A stretch of DNA of 64,000 nucleotides from Dehalococcoidia bacterium (GCA_009377745.1 WHTK01000016.1:1328-65327); one strand, 5' to 3'. Counted from the stretch's first letter, positions 11,405 through 21,128 are shown. Notes: generated by a model not told the origin, from the letters alone. Made by a program: numbers and translations.

Positions 11405-11832
11405 GGCCTTCTCTGGTCAAAGAATACCGCCGAATACCGAGTCAGTCGGCGGAGGTTGATGACCCTGTCGCCTTGCACCTTATGGACACGTCGCGGTTAG
11501 TGGTCAGGTGGGCACACTTCTAGGAGTGGTGATGACTACCGGGCGAAAGAGCGTCCATAAGGAGAACGGCTGACCCCGCGAGCAAGCTCAGTCCAAGAGT
11601 CAGCGGAACCCCGAGACTGGGCAGAAGGGCGAGCACGAGGATAGTGGCAACAAGGCTCGCCGCGGCGAGGCCCAAGAAACGATAGCATATGCGTCTTGTG
11701 GAGGATCAGTCTCGGGCTTCATCGTGGATCACGTCCACGCTTCCAAAACTTCAGCACAGCGCTCTCGAACCGGATGCGCCACTCGTCTTCGAGCCCCACT
11801 TAACCCAAGCACCCGCTTGAGCCGAAACAAAT

Positions 11833-11868
11833 TTAGTCTAATACTAAGTGTTTGTGCACGGCTAAGTA
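11833..11868 (-). promoter_or_regulatory. Putative MarR tandem operator (orphan copy)
   Basis: Reverse complement TACTTAGCCgtgCAcAAAcAcTTAGTattagaCTAA aligns with 13035-13070. Confidence 0.5.
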
Positions 11869-12010
11869 ACTTACGGTGGTCTTCAAGAAGCGGCTGGACA
11901 GGATCGAATTTGGCGTTGGATTCAGATGCCTTCGAGGGCAACCTACTCTCTCATCCAGGCCGCGACTGCGAGATAGTCAGATGGAGTGAAGGCCTAGACG
12001 GAGTGAAGGC

Positions 12011-12466
12011 CTAGACGGAGTCCTCACCCGTTTCGGTTATCCTTTCGGCTGCATTGGCGAACTCTTCCAAGCAATTCGTAAGGGCGTCGACCCGTTCCAG
12101 CCCCAGTGCAGCGAACACGGCTTCTATATAAGCTGTGCCCGCAATCGTGATCTCGTCCAGAATCCGCTGTCCTTCGTTCGTCAGTCGTAGCCGGACGATG
12201 CGACGGTCCTTGCTATCGTGGAAGCGCCTCACTAAGCGCTGCTTGACGAGGCGTTCGGCGATACCGGTCAAAGTCGCAGCCCTAATGTGCATCTCCGTAG
12301 CCAGATCTCCAACCGACGGATCTCCGGACTCCCTAATGAGGTAGATCACACGTAGCTGAGGCATGGTCAGGCCACGGCGATCCCAGAACCGTAGGCGGAT
12401 CGGGTCGGCGACGGTCATGGCACGTACATAGGCTCGCAAAGCGCGTTCGTTAGTGGGGTTCGTCAT
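12011..12466 (-). CDS. MarR family transcriptional regulator
   Basis: LTMPQLRVI...DRRIVRLRLTNEG. Confidence 0.9.
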   Translation of the reverse strand: MTNPTNERALRAYVRAMTVADPIRLRFWDRRGLTMPQLRVIYLIRESGDPSVGDLATEMHIRAATLTGIAERLVKQRLVRRFHDSKDRRIVRLRLTNEGQRILDEITIAGTAYIEAVFAALGLERVDALTNCLEEFANAAERITETGEDSV

Positions 12467-12948
12467 GTGCCTCGACTTTGATCAGCTGAGCTGGCCTCGG
12501 TCTCGATTCTCTCGAGTGCGGTCAGGACATCGGATAGGTGGCGGCCGATCGCCAGATCATGCCGGATCACCGAACGAATTGTTCCTTCTTTGTCAATAAC
12601 ATACGTAACTCTTGCGATGAGGGAAAGGAAGCCCTGGGCATCGTAGGCCTTCACTATCTGCTTTCTGGGGTCGGCAATGAGAGGAAATTCAAGCGAGTAC
12701 CTCTCTCGAAAGGATCGATGCGACTCCAGCGAGTCCGGGCTAATACCGACAATCACGGCGTCAAACTGCTTAATCGCTTCGTAGTTCACCTGGAAGCTAC
12801 AGGCCTCACGGGTGCAGCCCGCGGTGAAGTCCTTGGGATAGAAGTACAAGACGACGTTTTTCCTGCCTCTAAGGCTTGCCAGGTGGAAAAGCTGGCCATC
12901 ATCGAGCTCGGACTCGAAGTCCGGCGCTTTCGTGCCCTCCTTTAACAT
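12463..12948 (-). CDS. bcp: Peroxiredoxin Q/Bcp
   Basis: VLYFYPKDFTAGCTREAC. Confidence 0.9.
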   Translation of the reverse strand: MLKEGTKAPDFESELDDGQLFHLASLRGRKNVVLYFYPKDFTAGCTREACSFQVNYEAIKQFDAVIVGISPDSLESHRSFRERYSLEFPLIADPRKQIVKAYDAQGFLSLIARVTYVIDKEGTIRSVIRHDLAIGRHLSDVLTALERIETEASSADQSRGT

Positions 12949-13034
12949 ATAGGCCTCCCCTGATTCTCCTCTGAAGGCTGAGCAGCCTGTTTCCGGGCGC
13001 CAATCACGTCAGAAGCCCCGTAACACATGGACAG

Positions 13035-13070
13035 TACTTAGCCTAACAGAAATAGTTAGTGCTACCCTAA
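13035..13070 (+). promoter_or_regulatory. Putative MarR tandem operator in the divergent promoter
   Basis: TTAG-N7-CTAA plus an imperfect upstream copy; TGGACA -35-like hexamer just upstream. Confidence 0.5.
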
Positions 13071-13086
13071 GCACAGCAAGACAGGG

Positions 13087-13323
13087 ATGGTGGAAGCAGC
13101 TGTGAACATTTTTGGTAGCCTCTGGACCCGGCGACAAAAGCAAAGGGAGGCTCCCGCGCCAAAGGCGTGTAATCACACAACCCTGATTCCACGCTGGGAT
13201 CGCGTTGAGGACATGGCCCACAATGAACGCGCTTACTTTTTCATTTGTGATTCCTGCGCCCAGATCTTTTCTCCGGACGGAGCACAGAAGCTGCGAAGCG
13301 GCGGCCAAAGTTCAGCTAGCTGA
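13087..13323 (+). CDS. Small putative Zn-binding protein
   Basis: CNH...CDSC motif; RBS-like AGGG upstream. Confidence 0.6.
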   Translation: MVEAAVNIFGSLWTRRQKQREAPAPKACNHTTLIPRWDRVEDMAHNERAYFFICDSCAQIFSPDGAQKLRSGGQSSAS

Positions 13324-13449
13324 AGTGGTCTTAATGCGCCTAACAAAACCGCGGCGCGAGTAGGCGAGAAAGCAGGATGGTTGCGAGCCATGGGATCGAG
13401 TCGAAGGAACGCCTGGGCGCCACCGGTTTCTCCGAGGGCGGTGAACGCT

Positions 13450-13968
13450 TCAGAAGAGTTCCTCGGCCAGCGCGACGATGATGCCCGCCGGGCCTCGCAT
13501 GTAGCAGAGTCTGTACATGTCCTCGTACTGGGCCACCTCGCCGACGAGTTCGGCGCCGTTGTCGCGCAGGCGAGCGACAGTGTCGTCGACGCTTTCGACT
13601 GTAAACATGACGCTCCGGAGGCCCAGCGTGTTCGGCGGTGCGACTGCCGCGCGATCTCGTCGATGCGAGATTCGCGGCCGAAGTGGTTGACAGCGGCGCC
13701 GAGCGATCGGTAGGAGCCGGTTCGCAGCGGGCTCTGCGATACTAGGGACATGACGATCAAAAGATTGGACCACGTCAGCGTCGTCGTCGACGCCCTTGCA
13801 GCCGCTAGCGCTTTTTTCACCGCGCTCGGGCATGACGCTCGAAGGCGAGACGCCGGTCGAGGGCCCGTGGGTCGATCGCATCAACGCGCTCGAAGATGTC
13901 CAGGTCGACATCGTTATGATGCGGACCCCAGATGGGCACGGGCGGCTTGAGCTGACGAAGTTTCGCAA
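13450..13968. pseudogene. VOC/glyoxalase gene split into oppositely oriented halves
   Basis: N-half on + (13750-13968; RLDHVSVVV...GRLELTKFRN); C-half on - (13450-13650; APPNTLGLRSVMF...IIVALAEELF). Confidence 0.8.
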
Positions 13969-14225
13969 CGAAAGCGTGACAGATCAGCGCTTCCGCAACG
14001 TCCTGGAGAGCGCCGCCCGGCAGTTCGGCTCGACGCCCTCGAAGCCGCAGTCGGGGCGCGGCGTGGATTGTGCCCTCGCCTTCGATGTAGGTAGCTACGG
14101 CGGTGCCTGCTTCAAGCTCGATGTCTCCGGCAGCGAGGTCAACGTCGAGCGCGTTGTGCTGGCGGCCGATTGCGGCCAGATCGTCAACCCCGTCGGCGTC
14201 GAGAACCAGATCGAGGGCGCCATTG
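13655..14225. pseudogene. Xanthine dehydrogenase/isoquinoline oxidoreductase Mo-subunit fragments
   Basis: LRTGSYRSLGAAVNHFGRESRIDEIA on - (13655-13745); AADCGQIVNPVGVENQIEGAI on + (13970-14225). Confidence 0.7.
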
Positions 14226-14861
14226 AATCAAACTATCCGTCGAGACGCGGGGGTGCTAAATCAATAGGTAGCACGATGACTTCCATGAGAAGGCTCCAAA
14301 ATAGAAAATTCCCGAGTGGTTCCCCGATTGTCTTGGATGACATAAGTCCAGACCAATCAGATTCAATGGCCTTTAACGGCCTTCCAATGGACTCTTTGAA
14401 GCGTCCCAGTGCGGCCTCATAACGCGAAGGTCAAGACGTTCGGTGACCAACCGTCCACCCAGAGTAATTACGGCCATCCTGGGACGGCCTAGCGACCAAG
14501 AAAGACTCGCCGCGCCCGTATCACGTCTTCTGGCGAGGTCCCTAATCCACAGTGAGCCTGCAAGTTTAATGGGGTTTGACCGGCTGCCGAACTCATAGCG
14601 GCGCTATCTTAGCGACTGACCGCCACTAGCTGGCTCGCGGGCAGCAGGTGAAGCACGTGACGACCTAACCATCCTCCATCCTTCGGCAGCGTCCTCGCAC
14701 AGTTGGACATGAAGGCTTCCTGAAGGTCCTTACCACTTGGGGACGGACTCGAACGTGCGACCAACTACTTGGAAGCAAAGGTTCATCGGGAGTTAGTCTA
14801 GCCTCGAAACCGCCTTCACGAGAACCCAGGGAGCGCGTCGGTTCGCCAAACTTGCCAACCG

Positions 14862-14899
14862 GCAACATGATGTTCACATGCCCGTCACTTGCCTGAAAT
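14862..14899 (+). promoter_or_regulatory. GlnR-box-like array upstream of the nitrogen operon
   Basis: GCAAC-N6-TTCAC-N6-GTCAC-N6-GAAAT, 11-bp periodicity. Confidence 0.45.
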
Positions 14900-14956
14900 A
14901 CGACCAGCCTAGATTCGATGCATTGGCCGTTCCCATAGAGGAGACGAGGTGCTGCA

Positions 14957-15340
14957 TTGAAAGAAGTCACCGCCATCCTGCGCCCGGAGAAGTGGGCCGC
15001 GACTCGCGAAGCCATCCAAGCCATTGGCGTCGAGGAGCTGATCCAGCACCGGGTGATTGGGCGTGGCAAGCAGCGCGGCCTTCGCTACCTCCGGCGCGCA
15101 ACGGACGCGGGGGAAGGGGATATGCCCTACCTGCCGAAGCGCATGGTCGTCTGCCTTGTCGCAGACGAGTCATATACGGCCCTGCTCAACGCAATCATCA
15201 AGGTCAATCAAACCGGCAACGTCGGTGACGGCAAGATATTCATCCGGTCGCTTGGCGTCATTCAAGACATCCAGCCCAAAGCAGACGCCGAGGCCAATGC
15301 CACCGCCGTGGCGCAGATTCCGGCACGAATTAGAACTTGA
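14957..15340 (+). CDS. P-II family nitrogen regulator, NifI2-like
   Basis: MKEVTAILRP, GRGKQ, LPKRM, IIKVNQTGNVGDGKIF. Confidence 0.85.
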   Translation: MKEVTAILRPEKWAATREAIQAIGVEELIQHRVIGRGKQRGLRYLRRATDAGEGDMPYLPKRMVVCLVADESYTALLNAIIKVNQTGNVGDGKIFIRSLGVIQDIQPKADAEANATAVAQIPARIRT

Positions 15341-15990
15341 CTAAGCGAGAAGGCATCAACTACCCCAAATTCAAAGACCAGTTTGCAGTCATGGACTTCG
15401 ACGCCGAGCCCATGCCCGTCCTCTCGCTCTTTCCCGTGCCTGACATCGCGCCAATCGAGGAATGGCAAGTCACGTTGACTGGGGTCATGGGAGAGCGCGT
15501 CACTCTAGGATGGCCTGATCTAGGCGCACTCCCGCGTGTGAGAGAGAGGGCACCGCTTGTTTGCCAGATCTTCAACTGGTCAGAGGAGCCGATCGTAGAG
15601 GGCGTACGACTCTGTGAGGTAGTCGAACTTGCTGGACTACAGGCTCAGGACCAGGCGTATTGGGGCTTCTACTCGGCCGACGGCTTCTACTTCGAGACTC
15701 TGCCGCGTTCGATGGCGCTCGATCCGCGTGTCTTGCTCGTCTTCGGTCTTAACGACGCCCCGCTTCCGACGCAGTACGGCGGGCCGCTGCGGCTCTGGGT
15801 GCCGTTTCTCCAAGGCTACAAGAGCGTGAAATGGGTGCAAACTGTCCGTGCTTTTCGAAAGGACCCGATCGGCATAAAGCGACTGCTCGGCCAGAGCCGC
15901 ACAGCGGTGCTGGGGAGCGACGGTCAGGAGAAGGCGGGCATCGTCGTCGCGAAGCCTGCTATGGGAGACGAGAGCCTCGCTGACATTTAA
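15337..15990 (+). CDS. Stand-alone sulfite-oxidase-family molybdopterin-binding protein
   Basis: LVCQIFNWS (Mo-ligand Cys position), YGGPLRLWVPFLQGYKSVKWV; no obvious signal peptide. Confidence 0.85.
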   Translation: MTKREGINYPKFKDQFAVMDFDAEPMPVLSLFPVPDIAPIEEWQVTLTGVMGERVTLGWPDLGALPRVRERAPLVCQIFNWSEEPIVEGVRLCEVVELAGLQAQDQAYWGFYSADGFYFETLPRSMALDPRVLLVFGLNDAPLPTQYGGPLRLWVPFLQGYKSVKWVQTVRAFRKDPIGIKRLLGQSRTAVLGSDGQEKAGIVVAKPAMGDESLADI

Positions 15991-16032
15991 GGCCATGCTT
16001 TTCATATCGCCAGCAGGGGAGGCTACCCGGGT

Positions 16033-17292
16033 TTGAACCCACCACTCGCAGCGCAACGCGGACACACGCCAACGCTCATCGCCTCCTTCTTGCATTTCGA
16101 CTTGAGCTTCATGCTTTGGGTCCTTCCCGGAGCTCTCGGCGTATACATCGCCAAGAGCCTGCAATTGACGCAGGCCGAGAAGGGCCTCGTGGTGGCGGTG
16201 CCGATCCTCAGCGGCGCTTTGCTTCGCCTGCCTATGGGGCTGCTCAGCGACCAGATTGGCGCGAAACGCGTCGGCATGGGCATGCTCGCTTTTCTCTTCC
16301 TTCCGTTAGCGCTGGGCTGGCAAGCGGGAAACAGTCTCCAAGCATGGCTCGGCATCGGCCTCTTGCTAGGGACGGCGGGCGCTTCCTTCGCCGTCGCCCT
16401 ACCATTGGCAAGCCGCTGGTACCCGCCGGAACGGCAGGGGCTCGTCATGGGAATAGCCGCAGCGGGCAATAGCGGTACGGTTATCGCTAACCTGCTGGCG
16501 CCCCGGCTGGCGAACCAGGTCGGCTGGCACAACGTCCTGGGCCTGGCGATGCTGCCTCTCGCACTCGTGCTGGTCGTCTTCGTGTTAGCGGCTAAGGACG
16601 CTCCAAAAATCGCAACCAGCCGCGAAGTCCTTCCGTTGCGATTGGTCCTGAGACAAGCAGACCTCTGGTGGTTCTGCCTCCTCTACAGCATCACTTTTGG
16701 CGGCTATGTCGGACTGACCAGCTTCTTCCCATTGTTCCTGCGCGGGCAATACGAGACCAGCCCGGTCACGGCTGGCTACCTAACGGCACTCGTGGCCTTT
16801 GCAGGCAGCGCCGTACGACCCCTCGGCGGATATCTTGCGGATCGATTCGGCGGCACGCAGATGCTTTCCCTGCTCCTGGTAGCGGTAGGCACCATTTACG
16901 CGGCCATTTCCTTTCTGCCGCCGCTCGGAGCCCTAATGCTGCTGGCTACAGTTGGCATCGCTTGTCTGGGCATGGGGAATGGCGCCGTCTTCCAGCTCGT
17001 GCCTCGCCGCTTCCAAGGTGAGATCGGCATTGCGACCGGCGTGGTCGGCGCCTTCGGTGGCATCGGCGGATTCCTCCTGCCCAACCTCCTGGCGAACGTC
17101 AAAGGAATTAGCGGTTCCTACGGCCCAGGCTTTCTTGTACTGACGGCCTGCTGCTTTGGAGTGCTATTTGCTCTGCGGGGATTAGCCCTGCTGAGCAGCG
17201 GCTGGCGCTTGTCCTGGGGAACGACTTTGGTGGGCACAACCTTGAAAACAGGCGCGCCAGAGCGGGTCCAGATGGCGCCATACATGCTATGA
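16033..17292 (+). CDS. narK: NarK/NasA (NNP family) nitrate/nitrite MFS transporter
   Basis: FLHFDLSFMLW, GIAAAGNSG, GMGNGAVFQLVP nitrate-signature motifs. Confidence 0.9.
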   Translation: MNPPLAAQRGHTPTLIASFLHFDLSFMLWVLPGALGVYIAKSLQLTQAEKGLVVAVPILSGALLRLPMGLLSDQIGAKRVGMGMLAFLFLPLALGWQAGNSLQAWLGIGLLLGTAGASFAVALPLASRWYPPERQGLVMGIAAAGNSGTVIANLLAPRLANQVGWHNVLGLAMLPLALVLVVFVLAAKDAPKIATSREVLPLRLVLRQADLWWFCLLYSITFGGYVGLTSFFPLFLRGQYETSPVTAGYLTALVAFAGSAVRPLGGYLADRFGGTQMLSLLLVAVGTIYAAISFLPPLGALMLLATVGIACLGMGNGAVFQLVPRRFQGEIGIATGVVGAFGGIGGFLLPNLLANVKGISGSYGPGFLVLTACCFGVLFALRGLALLSSGWRLSWGTTLVGTTLKTGAPERVQMAPYML

Positions 17293-17305
17293 GCGGGAGG
17301 GCCTG

Positions 17306-18862
17306 ATGCAGGTAGGAACCAATTCGATCGAGCGTCTCAAGGCGGAGAAGGATGGCCTCGATATCCAGTCGGAAATCGAGGAACTCGCAGCTCAGCATGG
17401 TGGCTGGGAGACGATGGATGCTCCGACCAGGGAACGACTGAAGTGGATCGGCACGTTCTACCGGAAGCCGACGCCGGGCCAGTTCATGATGCGCATCCGC
17501 ATCACGGGCGGTCAGGCGACTTCCGATCAGCTCCGAGCCTTGGCAGCGATCTCTCGCCGGCAGGGCAACGGCATACTCGACATTACTACCCGCCAACAAA
17601 TCGAGCTGCGAGCGATCCAGATCAGCAGCGTTCCAGGAATCCTCGAGGCGATGGAGGGCGTGGATCTCAGTTCCCTCCAAACAGGCATGGACAACGTGCG
17701 CAATGTGAACACTTGCCCGCTGTCCGGCCTGACTAACGCGGAGTTGCTGGACGCGGCTCCGGTGGGGGAAGAGTTGACTCGACTCTTCTTGAACAATAAG
17801 GAGTTCACGAATCTTCCCCGCAAGTTCAACGTGACCATTACCGGCTGCTTGGAGAACTGCACCCATACAGAAACGCAGGACGTAGGCATGACGCCCGCCG
17901 TGAGGCGCTCCGATGGTTTTCCAGGTTTCAACGTTGCCGTGGGCGGCAAGATGGGCTCCGGTGGCATGACCATCGCCCAACCCTTAAATGTTTTTGTCGA
18001 GCCGCACGAGGCCGCCGCTTTAACGGGGGCTATCATCCTTCTCTTCCGAGACGAGGGAAGCCGAGAGCAGCGCAGCCGCGCCCGCTTGGCCTTCTTGGTC
18101 GAGGACTGGGGGATCGAGCGCTTCCGCGCAGAACTCGAACGCCGTTGGGGGAAACCCCTGCAGGCGGCAGGGCGGGATGTTCGTCTCGCGACTCACACGG
18201 ATCACCTTGGCGTGGAAAAGCAACAGCAGTCCGGCCTCTGGTCCGTTGGCCTCTGCGTTCTCACCGGGCGTGTGAATGGTGAGCATCTTGAAGAGCTGGC
18301 CCGGCTGGCTGACACATACGGGTCGGGCCACGTCCGCCTGACTCCCGCGCAAAATGCCGTCCTTGTGAATGTCCCGGAGCAACGGCTACCAACCCTTTTG
18401 GCGGAGCCTTTGTTGAAAGAGCTCTCCCCACAAGCGCACTCCTTTACGAGGGGGATGGTTACCTGCATTGGCACGGATTACTGCAATCTGGCGTTGATTG
18501 AGACTAAAACAACGGGCAGGGATCTCGCCGAGCGGCTGGCCGAGCGCTTCCCCTTGGCGGAGCCATTGACCATGCATTGGTCGGGTTGCCCGGCCGGATG
18601 CGGCAACCATCAGGCGGCTGACATCGGCTTCCAGGGAACCAAAGCGCGCATTGACGGCGAAGTCGTGGACGCGGTCAGCATCTTCGTCGGCGGCCAGACC
18701 GGTCCAAACGCTAGGCCGGCGGAAATGCTCATGGACCTCGTGCCAGTGACAATGCTGGACGATGTGATGCCGCTCCTCATCAGCAACCTGGAGACACTGA
18801 AGAAGGTCCGCAGGGTACCGGAGGCGGAAGAAAGCGTCCTCATGGTGCCGGCCCTGCCCTGA
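17306..18862 (+). CDS. nirA: Ferredoxin-nitrite reductase
   Basis: ITTRQQ, GMDNVRN, NLPRKFN, CIGTDYC and SGCPAGC siroheme/4Fe-4S ligands; lies next to a nitrate transporter. Confidence 0.9.
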   Translation: MQVGTNSIERLKAEKDGLDIQSEIEELAAQHGGWETMDAPTRERLKWIGTFYRKPTPGQFMMRIRITGGQATSDQLRALAAISRRQGNGILDITTRQQIELRAIQISSVPGILEAMEGVDLSSLQTGMDNVRNVNTCPLSGLTNAELLDAAPVGEELTRLFLNNKEFTNLPRKFNVTITGCLENCTHTETQDVGMTPAVRRSDGFPGFNVAVGGKMGSGGMTIAQPLNVFVEPHEAAALTGAIILLFRDEGSREQRSRARLAFLVEDWGIERFRAELERRWGKPLQAAGRDVRLATHTDHLGVEKQQQSGLWSVGLCVLTGRVNGEHLEELARLADTYGSGHVRLTPAQNAVLVNVPEQRLPTLLAEPLLKELSPQAHSFTRGMVTCIGTDYCNLALIETKTTGRDLAERLAERFPLAEPLTMHWSGCPAGCGNHQAADIGFQGTKARIDGEVVDAVSIFVGGQTGPNARPAEMLMDLVPVTMLDDVMPLLISNLETLKKVRRVPEAEESVLMVPALP

Positions 18863-18891
18863 AGAATTTTAGAGAGGGAAATGTAGAAGAA

Positions 18892-19209
18892 ATGAAGATG
18901 ATTCAAGCGGTTCTAAGACCCGATCGTGAGGAACCGGTAGCTGCCGCCCTGGCGAAAGCAAACTTTCCGGCGCTGACTAAGTGGGACGTTGTCGGTCGCG
19001 GCAAACAACAGGGAATCCAGGTTGGTAGCCAGATGTACGACGAGCTGGCGAAGTCCATGATGATTGTCGTTGTCAACGACGATGACGCCGAGCGGGTCGT
19101 CCAGATCATTCGAGAGGCCGCTTACAGCGGCTACACCGGAGACGGGAAGATATTTGTCGCGCCCATCGACGATGCCTACACAATTCGCACCGGAAAGGCG
19201 GAACTTTAA
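18892..19209 (+). CDS. P-II family nitrogen regulator, NifI1-like
   Basis: 105 aa with short T-loop GRGKQQGIQVGSQMYDELAK; GDGKIFV; YTIRTG. Confidence 0.88.
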   Translation: MKMIQAVLRPDREEPVAAALAKANFPALTKWDVVGRGKQQGIQVGSQMYDELAKSMMIVVVNDDDAERVVQIIREAAYSGYTGDGKIFVAPIDDAYTIRTGKAEL

Positions 19210-19520
19210 GGCTCGTCATTCTTCGAACCCGACGATGATTCCCCTCTATATGAAAAGATAGGAGGCCCGTAAAGACCTCCTGCAGCATTGCTATTGGATT
19301 GTGTTCTCGCCGATGCCCGTCTTTAAGTAACGCTCCTTGGAAAACTTGGCTGTTGACTAATAACCGGGCCTATGTTTTCTTAGGTGGCGGTCTCCGGCTC
19401 CTTGTCAGGCCCTGCCTCCGGCTGGGCTAGAGCGCTACCTCTTGTGAAATCGGCCACCACTGGACCAACATGGGCATGTTGATGACGTGAACGAAAGTTG
19501 GCCTTGCGCGCGGATTGGCT

Positions 19521-19704
19521 ATTGTCTGCGGGACAATGCCGGTTTTTTGAGCTACGCTTAGCGTCCCAGCAGACTCAAGAATGCTAGAATTTCATTGTCT
19601 CGGGGACAAAGCCCCCGGCGACCTGACTGAATTTCGAGGACGGTTTCGCGGTTTGAGACTAACCCCCGATAACCCTTGCTTCCAAGCAGGCTGTCGCGGG
19701 TTCG
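19521..19704 (+). repeat. 184-bp direct repeat copy A (element arm running into a tRNA-Gly fragment)
   Basis: Aligns with 23285-23468. Confidence 0.85.
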
Positions 19705-19723
19705 AGTCCCGTCCCCCGCTCCA
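19679..19723 (+). tRNA. tRNA-Gly(TCC) 3' fragment (att-like)
   Basis: CTTCCAAGCAGGCTGTCGCGGGTTCGAGTCCCGTCCCCCGCTCCA. Confidence 0.8.
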
Positions 19724-19888
19724 TTTACCCAGATTTTAGATTGAAACCAGGTCCAGTTTCCGATTGTTTGTGTAGTTTCCCGCTGTTGCCGAACGCGGGT
19801 AAGATGTCAGTTGCCCAGTAGGGCCGACCGTCGAGGAGCGGGTGGAACCACTCCTTCTTCGAGAGGAAAAAACCAAGGCGTCGTCTGG

Positions 19889-21031
19889 TTAGCCAGCGCC
19901 AACTCTCTCGGTAACACCGATGCCGCTATCGCTTTCCTCCCTTGGCTCGCGCGCCCTCCGTGCAATGGCTTTCGCTATCCTCACAGCGTCCCGGCCCACG
20001 CCATGGATCATCGAGGACGAGGCGGCGTACAGGAAGGACAAGCCGACGAAGTACAGACCCGGCTCGTCTGGTACTATGCCACGCTCGTGAATCGGCCCCC
20101 CATCTTTGAAAATTGGGAGGTCAATCCAGGAGAAACCAGGGTAAAACCCCGTGCACCAGACCACATTGGTCACTTCCAAAATGCGGCCGTCCTCGAGCAC
20201 CGGCCTTCCGTCCTGGACGCCGACAGTCCGCGGGACGCGCTCGACCCCGGCCAACGCTAGATCTTTGGGTTTGGTCCGTAGCAGCGGCATGCCGTGAGAG
20301 AGGACCTTGGCGCGGACCTTCCGGCCAATGGGCGTGTCCACTGTTAGCAAGCGGTGGAAAAGCACGCGCAACACCAAGCGTATGAGCAAATAACGCGCCG
20401 CGGTTCCCTCGATGTTGAACGGCACATGGCCTGTGTCGTTACCAGACATCCAGGTGCGGTGACCGCGCGCTGCTTCAAGGGCGATTTCGGACCCGGAGTT
20501 GCCGGCTCCAACGATTAACACAGCGCCATCTCGGAGTTGCGATGGGTTTCGATAATCGCTCGAGTGAAGCTGCACGATACTGGCGTCCAGTTTCCGCGCA
20601 AACTCAGGGATCCTCGGTCGCTGCCAGTTCGACATCGCTACGACCACGTTTTCGGCCTCGAATGTGGACTCGCTTGTCCTGAGGACGAACCGTTCCCGCT
20701 CCCGCGATAGGCCTACTACATTTATTCCGGTTCTTACCGGGAGCTCGAAATGCTCGGCGTACGCCTCGAGGTAGTCCGCCATCTGGTTCTTCGTGGGAAA
20801 CACATGCGTTGGGGAAGGGAAAGGCATACCGGGCAGGGCATCGTAACAAGCGGGCGTAAACAGACGGAGCGAGTCCCAGCGCTGCCGCCACGAATCTCCT
20901 ACCCGCTCATTGCCATCTAGGATGACGAATGGTTGGCCTAGGCGCGCAAGATAGTAGCCAACGGAAAGACCCGCCTGGCCCGCGCCGATCACTATCGTCT
21001 GAAACCTCTCAGGTTGAGTTGTAGCGCTCAC
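19889..21031 (-). CDS. Flavin-containing monooxygenase-like (CzcO/TrkA-type) oxidoreductase
   Basis: GAGQAG, WDSLRLFTP, HSSDYRNP, GAGNSG, WCTGF. Confidence 0.88.
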   Translation of the reverse strand: MSATTQPERFQTIVIGAGQAGLSVGYYLARLGQPFVILDGNERVGDSWRQRWDSLRLFTPACYDALPGMPFPSPTHVFPTKNQMADYLEAYAEHFELPVRTGINVVGLSRERERFVLRTSESTFEAENVVVAMSNWQRPRIPEFARKLDASIVQLHSSDYRNPSQLRDGAVLIVGAGNSGSEIALEAARGHRTWMSGNDTGHVPFNIEGTAARYLLIRLVLRVLFHRLLTVDTPIGRKVRAKVLSHGMPLLRTKPKDLALAGVERVPRTVGVQDGRPVLEDGRILEVTNVVWCTGFYPGFSWIDLPIFKDGGPIHERGIVPDEPGLYFVGLSFLYAASSSMIHGVGRDAVRIAKAIARRAREPREESDSGIGVTERVGAG

Positions 21032-21062
21032 TTTGGCCTCCTTGATTCAGAGAGCGGTAGCC

Positions 21063-21109
21063 GAAGTGGTTAGGGGCGCGCCTTGTGTCGGGGCGCCCCT
21101 AACCACTTC
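21063..21109. terminator. Intergenic stem-loop
   Basis: GAAGTGGTTAGGGGCGC...GCGCCCCTAACCACTTC. Confidence 0.55.
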
Positions 21110-21128
21110 TCGAGGTAGACTTCGCGAC

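Noticed and set aside
11983..12021. 17-bp tandem duplication GGAGTGAAGGCCTAGAC at the marR stop
   Set aside because: Only two copies; likely local slippage with no supportable function.
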